Assembly: GCA_003009795.1 (NCBI GenBank)
Contig: PXPE01000001.1
Coordinates: 320,739 to 384,738, forward strand
Direction of reading: 5' to 3'
DNA: 64,000 bases
Source of the DNA: Nanohaloarchaea archaeon SW_7_43_1
Lineage (GTDB): Archaea > Nanohalarchaeota > Nanosalinia > Nanosalinales > Nanosalinaceae
Shown: positions 36,265-43,631 of the stretch, piece by piece
How positions within the stretch are numbered: position 1 is the first letter of the stretch
Layout of the letters: every line of letters begins with the position of its first letter
Notes under the pieces: model-generated
What the model saw: only the letters and a program-made list of their open reading frames with translations
Databases searched by the model: none
What the model was told of the DNA's origin: nothing
Program-made: the position numbers and the translations under genes

Positions 36265-37967
36265 TAGCTTTCTATCTCAACACTGTTTTCAGTAGAGTTC
36301 AGGGTTTTGTCCATATCCCTCAGTACCGACTGCGGATCGGAATAATACCTTGATATAATATCTCCTACATCCCGGTAATGTTTTGTCCCCTCATCCTGCA
36401 TATGTTGTAGTACGTGTTGTCTTTTTTTCAGCTCGTTCTTAATCTGTTCATCATCTCCTCCTGTCTGATCGACTATATCTTTCAACAGAATTGAATTGTT
36501 CACAACCTCATAGTTATCTGATTGAGAGTCCCACCCGAAAACCTTGTTGGCATCTATACCTGTCCTCTTATTGTATCCTTCTACCTCGTAGATACCTGTA
36601 ATCCTTCTGATGTATTTATCGCCTCTCCTGATTCTTTTGATCAGCATGATGGCGTCTAAGGTCTCTATGAGGGATGGTGAGAGATTGATTGGGTTGGTTG
36701 TCAGTCTATCCATAAGCATCTCAAGTGAGTCGGCGTGGATTGTTGAGAGCCCTGTGTGTCCCGTTGCCATTTGCTGGAATAGAATATATGCTTCTTCTCC
36801 TCGGACCTCTCCGACGATAATGTATTCAGGTCTTTGACGCAGGGATTCTTTCAATAGGTCGTCCATTGAAACTTTTCCTCCCTCTTCTACTGAACTTCCG
36901 AAGCCGGATCTTGCGACTTCAGGTACCCAGTGGTCGTGTGGCAGCCGGAGCTCAGGTGTATCTTCGATGGATACGATCTTTTTGTCGGGCCGGATGAAAA
37001 GCGATAAAGCGTTTAACTGGGATGTTTTGCCGGCTCCTGTGGTACCACATACAAGTACTGATTTCTCGTGTTCAATTACAGTCCAAAGATAACTCATCAT
37101 CTGTGCGTTCTCTGTTTCAAAGTCCATCATGTGGATAGGTGTCAATGGGTCCTCTGTGAACCTTCTGATCGTAAAGTTAGATCCTTTACGGGCAATATCT
37201 GTCGCAAGTGTTGCCTGAACTCTTGATCCGTCGGGCAGCGATCCATCAAGAAGTGGAGAGGAGACTGATATAGATCGTCCGCATCTCTGCGATAGTTTCA
37301 TAACAAAGCTGTCAAGTTCTTCGGTATCATCCCATACTACATCGGTTTTAAGCGATCCGAACTTTGGGTTTCTGTGGTATGCATAAACCGGTATACCTGA
37401 TCCGTCACAGGAAATGTCCTCAATTTCTTTATCATTCATCAAAGGCTGTAGTTTTCCAAGCCCTGCGAAATCTCTTTTTGCATAGTACCTGATTACTTGT
37501 CTTTGATTGGTTTCCAAGCTGATGTTGTATTTATCTGTTATATGGTTAATTTTCTCCTCAAGGTATTCTTCAGCTTCTTCAGTCTCTAAGTCGGTGAAGT
37601 TTACATCGAAGCTTCTCTCTAGAATCATTTTTATTCTATCTAGAGCCTTCTCAGTCTCTGGTTTTAGCTCCGGTTCTATAACCCTATAGATTAACTCGCC
37701 TTCTCTCTCATTCCAGGTGATGTAGGCCCATGCGTATACGAGTTCTCCTTCGTCCGGGTCTTGTGGCATTAAGGGATATACGACTTCTGTATCCGTTAGA
37801 CCATCGTCTTCGTCCTGTTCTTCCAGCTCTGAGGAATCAAACTCTCCGGGGGGAGGTACTTGGACTCCTTCAGGGTTTTTTTCTACTTCTTCCTCATCTT
37901 CCTCATATAGTTCAGGGTGTTTAACCCTTCTCAGTTTCTCTGAAAGACTCATGAAATTGTATGACAT
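36264..37967 (-). CDS. type IV filament assembly ATPase (FlaI/PilB/TadA superfamily)
   Basis: Walker A GTTGAGKTS, Asp/Walker B region PEYIIVGEVRGEEA, His box ATGHTGLSTIHA. Acidic ~60-aa N-terminal extension. Confidence 0.92.
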   Translation of the reverse strand: MSYNFMSLSEKLRRVKHPELYEEDEEEVEKNPEGVQVPPPGEFDSSELEEQDEDDGLTDTEVVYPLMPQDPDEGELVYAWAYITWNEREGELIYRVIEPELKPETEKALDRIKMILERSFDVNFTDLETEEAEEYLEEKINHITDKYNISLETNQRQVIRYYAKRDFAGLGKLQPLMNDKEIEDISCDGSGIPVYAYHRNPKFGSLKTDVVWDDTEELDSFVMKLSQRCGRSISVSSPLLDGSLPDGSRVQATLATDIARKGSNFTIRRFTEDPLTPIHMMDFETENAQMMSYLWTVIEHEKSVLVCGTTGAGKTSQLNALSLFIRPDKKIVSIEDTPELRLPHDHWVPEVARSGFGSSVEEGGKVSMDDLLKESLRQRPEYIIVGEVRGEEAYILFQQMATGHTGLSTIHADSLEMLMDRLTTNPINLSPSLIETLDAIMLIKRIRRGDKYIRRITGIYEVEGYNKRTGIDANKVFGWDSQSDNYEVVNNSILLKDIVDQTGGDDEQIKNELKKRQHVLQHMQDEGTKHYRDVGDIISRYYSDPQSVLRDMDKTLNSTENSVEIES

Positions 37968-38362
37968 TATCTAGCCCTCAAACTGTACTGGTTACCGGTT
38001 TTGTATAATGTTACTGTTCCTCCCTCTACTGAACCCTGTAAATCATATTCATTGAAATTGTGGAGTGTGGTGATGTATTGTTTTTGTGCTGTTACTAGTT
38101 TAATTTCCTCTCCGAGGATCAAGTTATAGTTCACACCGCCAACATCTTCTGGTATTTTCAATTCAACTTTTCCTTCGTCTGTTCCTTTCATTGTGTAGAC
38201 AGCTGATTTTATTTTATACTGTATTGTTTCGACATCTTTTTTCTCTGTAGAATCTTTTACCTGGTCCTGATAATCTCCAAATATGCTTATAGTTCCGGTG
38301 GCCAATGTGAGCCCCATGGCAACTACCAAAACGCTTTCCACGGCTAGGTACTGTCCTTTCAA
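37967..38362 (-). CDS. pilin-like protein (class III signal, Gln at +1)
   Basis: MKGQYLAVESVLVVAMGLTLATG. 131 aa. Confidence 0.65.
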   Translation of the reverse strand: MKGQYLAVESVLVVAMGLTLATGTISIFGDYQDQVKDSTEKKDVETIQYKIKSAVYTMKGTDEGKVELKIPEDVGGVNYNLILGEEIKLVTAQKQYITTLHNFNEYDLQGSVEGGTVTLYKTGNQYSLRAR

Positions 38363-38366
38363 ACTA

Positions 38367-39035
38367 TCACCTGAAACCTAATACGAGCTCTGTATTTTCT
38401 CTCGGAACTTTCTCCTGGTTTGGAAGCTCTACGCCTTGGTCACCTCTCTCCCACGCTGTTCCCTGATTCGAAATAAATATTGTAGTACTACCTGAACTGG
38501 ATGTCTGTCCTCCTGCTGTTAGATTGATTCTTGACAATTCTCTTCCTGAAGGAGTATCTGCAAGCATGTTTCTAAATTCAACTCTATACGTAACCAGTGA
38601 TTCTTCATCGGCACTTATTGATCTGACAAGTACTGCTCCAGGTAGATCGTCGTTACTTCTCGCATACGCACCGCTTCCAACTGAAAGATTCTGTAAAGAA
38701 TTCCCTTTCAACAATGTCCAGGTATCAACAGGATAAGGAGAACTACTTCCTCTTTTACGGATATCTATATAGTTTTGCTCTTCATTAATTCTGACCCTGG
38801 TATCGGAGCTTGAACTCTCGAATAAATCTATTTCTGCGGATGTACCTTCTCCGCCCTGACTTACCTCAACTATTTGGTTGTATAATCCTAAAACATTTTG
38901 CTCAGTTCTATCAAGTTCTGCTTGACTCTGTTGTTTTTCTAGGAGAGGAACTCCCCACGTATAGGAAGTTGCCACAGTGCCTACTACCACACTAGTTATG
39001 AGTACGGCCGTAACCGCCTGCGCCTGACCTTTCAT
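38367..39035 (-). CDS. pilin-like protein (class III signal, Gln at +1)
   Basis: MKGQAQAVTAVLITSVVVGTVATSYTW. 222 aa. Confidence 0.65.
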   Translation of the reverse strand: MKGQAQAVTAVLITSVVVGTVATSYTWGVPLLEKQQSQAELDRTEQNVLGLYNQIVEVSQGGEGTSAEIDLFESSSSDTRVRINEEQNYIDIRKRGSSSPYPVDTWTLLKGNSLQNLSVGSGAYARSNDDLPGAVLVRSISADEESLVTYRVEFRNMLADTPSGRELSRINLTAGGQTSSSGSTTIFISNQGTAWERGDQGVELPNQEKVPRENTELVLGFR

Positions 39036-39057
39036 AAATTAATAATCAGTTGTCTGG

Positions 39058-39065
39058 AATATAAA
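39058..39065 (-). promoter_or_regulatory. TATA-like box (TTTATATT on minus strand) upstream of 38367..39035
   Basis: Lies 23-30 nt upstream of the ATG at 39033-39035 and directly after the T-tract at 39071-39095. Confidence 0.3.
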
Positions 39066-39070
39066 GTATC

Positions 39071-39095
39071 GGGAAGAAAAAAGAAAAGAAAAACC
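39071..39095 (-). terminator. oligo-T/pyrimidine tract downstream of the 177-aa pilin gene
   Basis: Minus strand reads GGTTTTTCTTTTCTTTTTTCTTCCC, starting 12 nt after the stop at 39107-39109. Archaeal RNAP terminates at T-runs. Confidence 0.35.
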
Positions 39096-39106
39096 AAATG
39101 TATTGA

Positions 39107-39640
39107 TTAACAGGTGTTAGTACTGCCTGTTTGCGGATTACACATGTAGCTGTAATCCTCTGAATCTATCTGCTGGTAATCAATAACGACCCTAATCTCC
39201 TGTGTCGCATTCGGGAAGTTAACGCCTGTATCGCATGTCCTTTCGGCTCCTGGGTTGAATGGTTCTGCTTGATCTGTTCCTTTGAGACAGCCGTCAGCTT
39301 TGCTTGAATTCCATTCCTGGTTAATCCTGAAAAGCGTATCTCTCTGCAGAGGTTCTTGCTCATTTCCAGGCTGGTAACGCATAGCTGTTTCGTTGGGTAG
39401 GTCAACTGTCCTTTCCCCGACATTTCTGTAAGTCAATGTGATGGTATTGCTTGTACTATTCTCGTAAGCAGACTCAATATTGATATCAGTCTGTTGAGCC
39501 TGTTGTCTTGAGTTTAATTGATCTACTTGGCTTTGATCGCTTATTATGTTTTGATAAAGTCCCCATGCTGATGCCACTGCGCCTACTGTTATCAATAGAA
39601 GTAGGACAACTGCAATGACAGGTGTTATTCCTTTTCTCAT
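39107..39640 (-). CDS. archaeal type IV pilin (DUF1628-like N-terminus), candidate major pilin
   Basis: MRKGITPVIAVVLLLLITVGAVASAW resembles the haloarchaeal PilA/archaellin-type class III signal. It has its own A/T box upstream and a T-tract downstream. Confidence 0.72.
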   Translation of the reverse strand: MRKGITPVIAVVLLLLITVGAVASAWGLYQNIISDQSQVDQLNSRQQAQQTDINIESAYENSTSNTITLTYRNVGERTVDLPNETAMRYQPGNEQEPLQRDTLFRINQEWNSSKADGCLKGTDQAEPFNPGAERTCDTGVNFPNATQEIRVVIDYQQIDSEDYSYMCNPQTGSTNTC

Positions 39641-39676
39641 GATATAAATACAATTGAACTTCCTGTTTAAATAACT

Positions 39677-40180
39677 TTAATAACAGGTGTTGTCCCCTGT
39701 GTTGTAACACGGAAATGAAATAGATGTTTTGGAGGGACCTTCAAAATTGATATTTGTTTGATTTCCTTCATCCGGGAATTCTTTGGTTGTATTTACAGGT
39801 ATTGATTCTCTCGGATTAAGAACGATTGAACCGGATTTCGAGTTCACGAACTCCCAACTTCTACTATCTCCGTTTACAGGTCTACCATCTACATACAGAT
39901 TAAGTGTCTTTACTCCGTCTGCGTTCTGTAGTTGAAGTGAAATTGCTCCGCTGTTCCTAAGAGCCATCAGTATGTATCCATCAGATCCATTGTATGCATT
40001 ATCGCGACTTAATTCAGCTTTAGATTCTTCAGATTGTTTGTCAATCTTATCTTTAACATTTTCCCGGGTTTGACTCGTAATTTCGTCTATAAAGGTCCAT
40101 GCAGAAGTAGCTGCTGCCACACTGATTAATATTAGAAGAACTGCTCCTATAACTTGGCTTACACCTTTACTGCTCATCAT
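39677..40180 (-). CDS. archaeal type IV pilin (DUF1628-like N-terminus)
   Basis: MMSSKGVSQVIGAVLLILISVAAATSAW. The track starts at TTG 40192, but ATG-ATG at 40175-40180 gives a typical short signal. Confidence 0.68.
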   Translation of the reverse strand: MMSSKGVSQVIGAVLLILISVAAATSAWTFIDEITSQTRENVKDKIDKQSEESKAELSRDNAYNGSDGYILMALRNSGAISLQLQNADGVKTLNLYVDGRPVNGDSRSWEFVNSKSGSIVLNPRESIPVNTTKEFPDEGNQTNINFEGPSKTSISFPCYNTGDNTCY

Positions 40181-40925
40181 CCATCTTGTCAAACTTTTCT
40201 TTCAGTTTTCTCATTCTATCTGAGTTCTGGTTTCCTCCACCGGAATTCCTGTTTCCTGAGCTTCTACCTCCTTGTTTACGTGCTGAACCCTCAGCCTGGT
40301 TTCTGCGGTTCGAATTTCCCGAGCCACCTCTGTTCACGTTTAAACCTTGGTTGCCGGATCCACCAGTTCTAGAACGGTTTCCGCCTCTCTGACCGCTTTG
40401 TTGTGAGTTATTTCTGCCTAGCTTGTTCTTTGAAAGTGTATTGTCTTTGCTCTGAGCGGTATAAGATCTCTTAATGCTTTTGTTTAGATCCTGAAGATTG
40501 TCAACTACTTGCCTGTTTGAGTTCCTGATATCATCTGCTACTTCCTGCATTTCATTTCCAACCGCATCAGCTATTCTGGAGTGAACATCGTTTATGACCT
40601 CACCCTCTAGATCTGCCTCAGATGCCTCTTCTAGAAGATCCATGAACGAGTTCATGTTGTCAATCACATTGTCCATCTTGTGGGTCAAATCCTCTACTGA
40701 GTTCTTCAGTTCATGGGTAGACTCGGTCATATCATTGACGATTTTCTGGTTAGACTTCATTATATCAAGAACATCTCTGATAAGTTTGTCATCTGCCGAA
40801 CCTGCGGTTCCTTTTGTCTCGATTTCGTCAATTCTTCTCTCCAGTTTTCTGATGGGGCCTACCGGAACTACCTCGTAGTCCTCTCCGGCATCTCCACCGC
40901 CTAACTCTACCTCTTCTTTGGACAT
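40167..40925 (-). CDS. coiled-coil protein with Arg/Gly/Asn/Ser-rich basic tail
   Basis: 252 aa. Acidic helical N-terminal two-thirds, then SQQSGQRGGNRSRTGGSGNQGLNVNRGGSGNSNRRNQAEGSARKQGGRSSGNRNSGGGNQNS. First gene of the pilus operon. Confidence 0.6.
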   Translation of the reverse strand: MSKEEVELGGGDAGEDYEVVPVGPIRKLERRIDEIETKGTAGSADDKLIRDVLDIMKSNQKIVNDMTESTHELKNSVEDLTHKMDNVIDNMNSFMDLLEEASEADLEGEVINDVHSRIADAVGNEMQEVADDIRNSNRQVVDNLQDLNKSIKRSYTAQSKDNTLSKNKLGRNNSQQSGQRGGNRSRTGGSGNQGLNVNRGGSGNSNRRNQAEGSARKQGGRSSGNRNSGGGNQNSDRMRKLKEKFDKMDDEQ

Positions 40926-40958
40926 AGTAATATTACCTAGTCAACATTTGTCGAAATC

Positions 40959-40970
40959 GGATTATAAAGG
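40959..40970 (-). promoter_or_regulatory. TATA-like box (CCTTTATAATCC on minus strand) upstream of the pilus operon
   Basis: Lies 34-45 nt upstream of the ATG at 40923-40925, after the pyrimidine-rich tract that follows the thermosome gene. Confidence 0.3.
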
Positions 40971-41021
40971 TAATTAATCTGGCTTAGAAGAAAGAAAGAG
41001 AAAGAACGAGATATGGATTGT

Positions 41022-42686
41022 TTACATCATTCCTCCCATTCCACCGCCAGGCATTCCGCCTGGAGCTCCTCCGGGTCCGCCCGGTGGGCCTCCTGCTTCA
41101 TCTCCGCTTCCTGATGCTGAGATAACATCGTCGATTCTGAGAATCATCTCTGCTGCTTCTGAAGCGCTTGATACTGCCTGTGTCTTGGTCTGCTGTGGTT
41201 CTACTACTCCTTCGTCAAACAGTTTCTGTGATTCACCTGATGTTACATTAATTCCGGCCCAGACTTCGCCTTCGTCATGTTTGTTTCTGAGATCGACAAG
41301 TGTATCGATCGGGTCGAATCCTGCGTTCTCGGATAGGGTTCTTGGGACGATCTCTAGGGCGTCTGCGAATGCGTTTATTGCGAGCTGTTCTCTGCCTCCA
41401 ACTGAGTCTGCATAGTCTCGTATTTCTTGTGCGAGTTCGACTTCGGTTGCGCCTCCTCCGCCGACTACTCTTCCGTTTCGTAGAGCTGAGGATACACCTC
41501 CTATTGCGTCTTCCATTGCTCTTTCGATTTCATCTACCACATGTTCTGTTCCTCCTCTGATCAGGATTGAGACTGATTTGGCTTCCGGGCAGTCCTGGAC
41601 AAATGTCATGGCTGATCCACCGATCCTTCTCTGTTCGACGGCCCCGGCTTCTCCTAGATCCGAGTTTTCTATCTCTGTGATTGATGTTACGATGTTTGCG
41701 TTTGTTGCCTTGGCGAGTTTGTCCATGTCACCTGAGGAAACCCTTCTGACCGCATAGATTCCTTTCTTCGCAAGGTAATGCTGTGCGATGTCGTCTATTC
41801 CTTTCTGGCATAGAACGACGTTTGCTCCGGCTTCATCGATTGCTTCTACCATTTCCTTGAGCTGTTCTTCTTCCTGTTCTACGAAGTTTTTCATCTGGTT
41901 TGGGTCGGAGATCGAGATTTCTGCATCGGTTTCAGTTTCCTTGACTTCGATCGCAGAGTCTAGAAGTGCGATATTTGTATCTTCTACTGTGTCAGGCATA
42001 CCGCCGTGGACTTTCTCTTTGTCGAGAATTACTCCTTTTACAAGCTCTGTGTCTTCTACTGATCCTCCTTCGTTTTTCTCTACCTTGATCATGTCCCGGT
42101 CGATTGCGAAACCTGACTCTGTCTGTTCTGCGACTCCTTCAACTGCATCGACTGCGATTGTTGCGAGATAGTCTCGGGCTGTCTCAGCTGATTTTCCTGT
42201 CATTGCTGTCATCGCCACCCTTTCAAGTACTTTACTGTCGTCAAGGTCGACTTCCTCACCTATATTGTCTAGTACCTGAACAGATTTTTCTCGGGCTAGC
42301 CTGTATCCTTTGGTTATCACTGTTGGATGGATTTCCTGGTCTAAAAGGTCCTCGCTTTGTTTAAGTAGTTCTCCTGCAAGCACTACTGCGGTCGTTGTTC
42401 CGTCGCCGACTTCTTCTTCCTGTGTCTGTGCGACTTCGACCATCATCTTGGCTGCGGGATGGTCTAGATCCATTTCTTCTAGTATTGTTACGCCGTCGTT
42501 TGTTACTACTAGGTCTCCTATGGAATCGACCATCATCTTGTCCATTCCTTTTGGGCCTAGTGTTGTTCTTACGGCTTTTGATACTGATTTACATGCAGAA
42601 ATATTGTTTTCCTGTGCGTCTTCTCCGGTTGTTCGTTCAGCGTCTTCCGACATGATGAAGACAGGCTGTCCTCCAAGTCCTGGCAT
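41022..42686 (-). CDS. ths: thermosome subunit (group II chaperonin)
   Basis: [23 protein letters not shown] and a C-terminal [23 protein letters not shown] tail. 554 aa. Confidence 0.97.
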   Translation of the reverse strand: MPGLGGQPVFIMSEDAERTTGEDAQENNISACKSVSKAVRTTLGPKGMDKMMVDSIGDLVVTNDGVTILEEMDLDHPAAKMMVEVAQTQEEEVGDGTTTAVVLAGELLKQSEDLLDQEIHPTVITKGYRLAREKSVQVLDNIGEEVDLDDSKVLERVAMTAMTGKSAETARDYLATIAVDAVEGVAEQTESGFAIDRDMIKVEKNEGGSVEDTELVKGVILDKEKVHGGMPDTVEDTNIALLDSAIEVKETETDAEISISDPNQMKNFVEQEEEQLKEMVEAIDEAGANVVLCQKGIDDIAQHYLAKKGIYAVRRVSSGDMDKLAKATNANIVTSITEIENSDLGEAGAVEQRRIGGSAMTFVQDCPEAKSVSILIRGGTEHVVDEIERAMEDAIGGVSSALRNGRVVGGGGATEVELAQEIRDYADSVGGREQLAINAFADALEIVPRTLSENAGFDPIDTLVDLRNKHDEGEVWAGINVTSGESQKLFDEGVVEPQQTKTQAVSSASEAAEMILRIDDVISASGSGDEAGGPPGGPGGAPGGMPGGGMGGMM

Positions 42687-42718
42687 TGTTATGATTCACC
42701 TATTTTTGTTGATGTGTG

Positions 42719-42733
42719 TAAAAATATTAAAAG
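42719..42733 (-). promoter_or_regulatory. TATA-like box (CTTTTAATATTTTTA on minus strand) upstream of thermosome
   Basis: Lies 33-47 nt upstream of the ATG. AGGTGA Shine-Dalgarno at 42696-42701. Confidence 0.3.
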
Positions 42734-42767
42734 ATGACCGAAACGTACAGCCAGATTAGGTTCTCCG

Positions 42768-43166
42768 TCATTCTTTGTTTCTGTATTCTTCTATCTGCTC
42801 TACAAACTCTAAAAGGTCGTTAAGATCTTCATCAATTATTTTTTGGAGTTCTTCTTCATCAACTTCCATATACCTATGGACCACAAGGTTTCTGAATTTC
42901 GCCATCTGTTTGAGCCTTTCCACGAGTTGTTTCTCTATTACGTTATTTTTTCCCAGAGTCTGGAAATAATCGCTATAAGATTCTTCTCGGCCCCATCCGT
43001 TCCTTGAAATTATTTGACTTGAGATATCTATGGAAGCTTCGACTGCCTCTTGAAGTGTATGTTTCAAGCCTTGGAAATGGTAGAAATCATCTTGATTGAC
43101 TTTTTCGTCTTTGAGTTTCCTGATACTCTCCTCAATTAGATCCATTCGTTCATTTATTGAACTCAC
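42768..43166 (-). CDS. hepT: HEPN-domain toxin HepT (DUF86)
   Basis: R-x4-H motif in AKFRNLVVHRYMEVD. 132 aa. 4-nt overlap with the upstream NTase gene. Confidence 0.85.
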   Translation of the reverse strand: MSSINERMDLIEESIRKLKDEKVNQDDFYHFQGLKHTLQEAVEASIDISSQIISRNGWGREESYSDYFQTLGKNNVIEKQLVERLKQMAKFRNLVVHRYMEVDEEELQKIIDEDLNDLLEFVEQIEEYRNKE

Positions 43167-43567
43167 GATTTCAAACCCTCCAGCCTCTCAGATCTTGAAT
43201 TATAGTATCTTTGGATGTAAGGTTTCATGTCGAGGTACTTTCTCATCACAGACTCCTCAAATTTGCATCTCTTATCTCTCTTCAACTCGAATACCAACTC
43301 ACCGGTTTTGACAACTTCTTTCTTGAATACTATATCATCGACATTTAGCGGTCTTAAATCTATTTCCTTATCGAAACAGGGTTCTAAGGCTTCTTCTAGA
43401 TCTACGACCTGTTCCAATCCTTCATAGTCTTCAAACAGCACTCCAATATCTAAGTCACTCTTCTCATCACTTTCTCCCTTCGCGAAGGAGCCGTACAGAT
43501 AAACGGCTACAATATCCCTGCCCTGGAATAGGTCTTTTCGATTCTTTATTTTCTGCTTTACTTTCAT
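43163..43567 (-). CDS. mntA: minimal nucleotidyltransferase antitoxin MntA
   Basis: VYLYGSFAKGESDEKSDLDIGVLF (the G-S...D-x-D motif). 134 aa. Confidence 0.85.
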   Translation of the reverse strand: MKVKQKIKNRKDLFQGRDIVAVYLYGSFAKGESDEKSDLDIGVLFEDYEGLEQVVDLEEALEPCFDKEIDLRPLNVDDIVFKKEVVKTGELVFELKRDKRCKFEESVMRKYLDMKPYIQRYYNSRSERLEGLKS

Positions 43568-43631
43568 ATTAGAGAATTAGTGGGTCAAATCAGTTAAAAC
43601 TATCGAACAATCGGTGGGATTGGGTTATTTT

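Noticed and set aside
39166-39710. Same-strand alternative-frame ORFs (85 and 74 aa) over the two pilin genes
   Set aside because: They are embedded in pilin ORFs that have canonical class III signals. Their translations are basic and unstructured.
31361-40925. Archaellum (archaeal flagellum) operon
   Set aside because: FlaI- and FlaJ-like genes are present, but there are no FlaF/FlaG/FlaH or FlaC/D/E/X homologs. The platform is split TadB/TadC-style, and several substrates have Gln+1 DUF361-type signals. This fits an adhesion pilus rather than a motility structure.
41300-42655. Arg/Leu-rich 86-aa alternative-frame ORFs within the thermosome gene
   Set aside because: A repetitive LRLR-type translation produced by the antisense of GAx/GCx-rich codons. 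It lies inside a highly conserved chaperonin gene.
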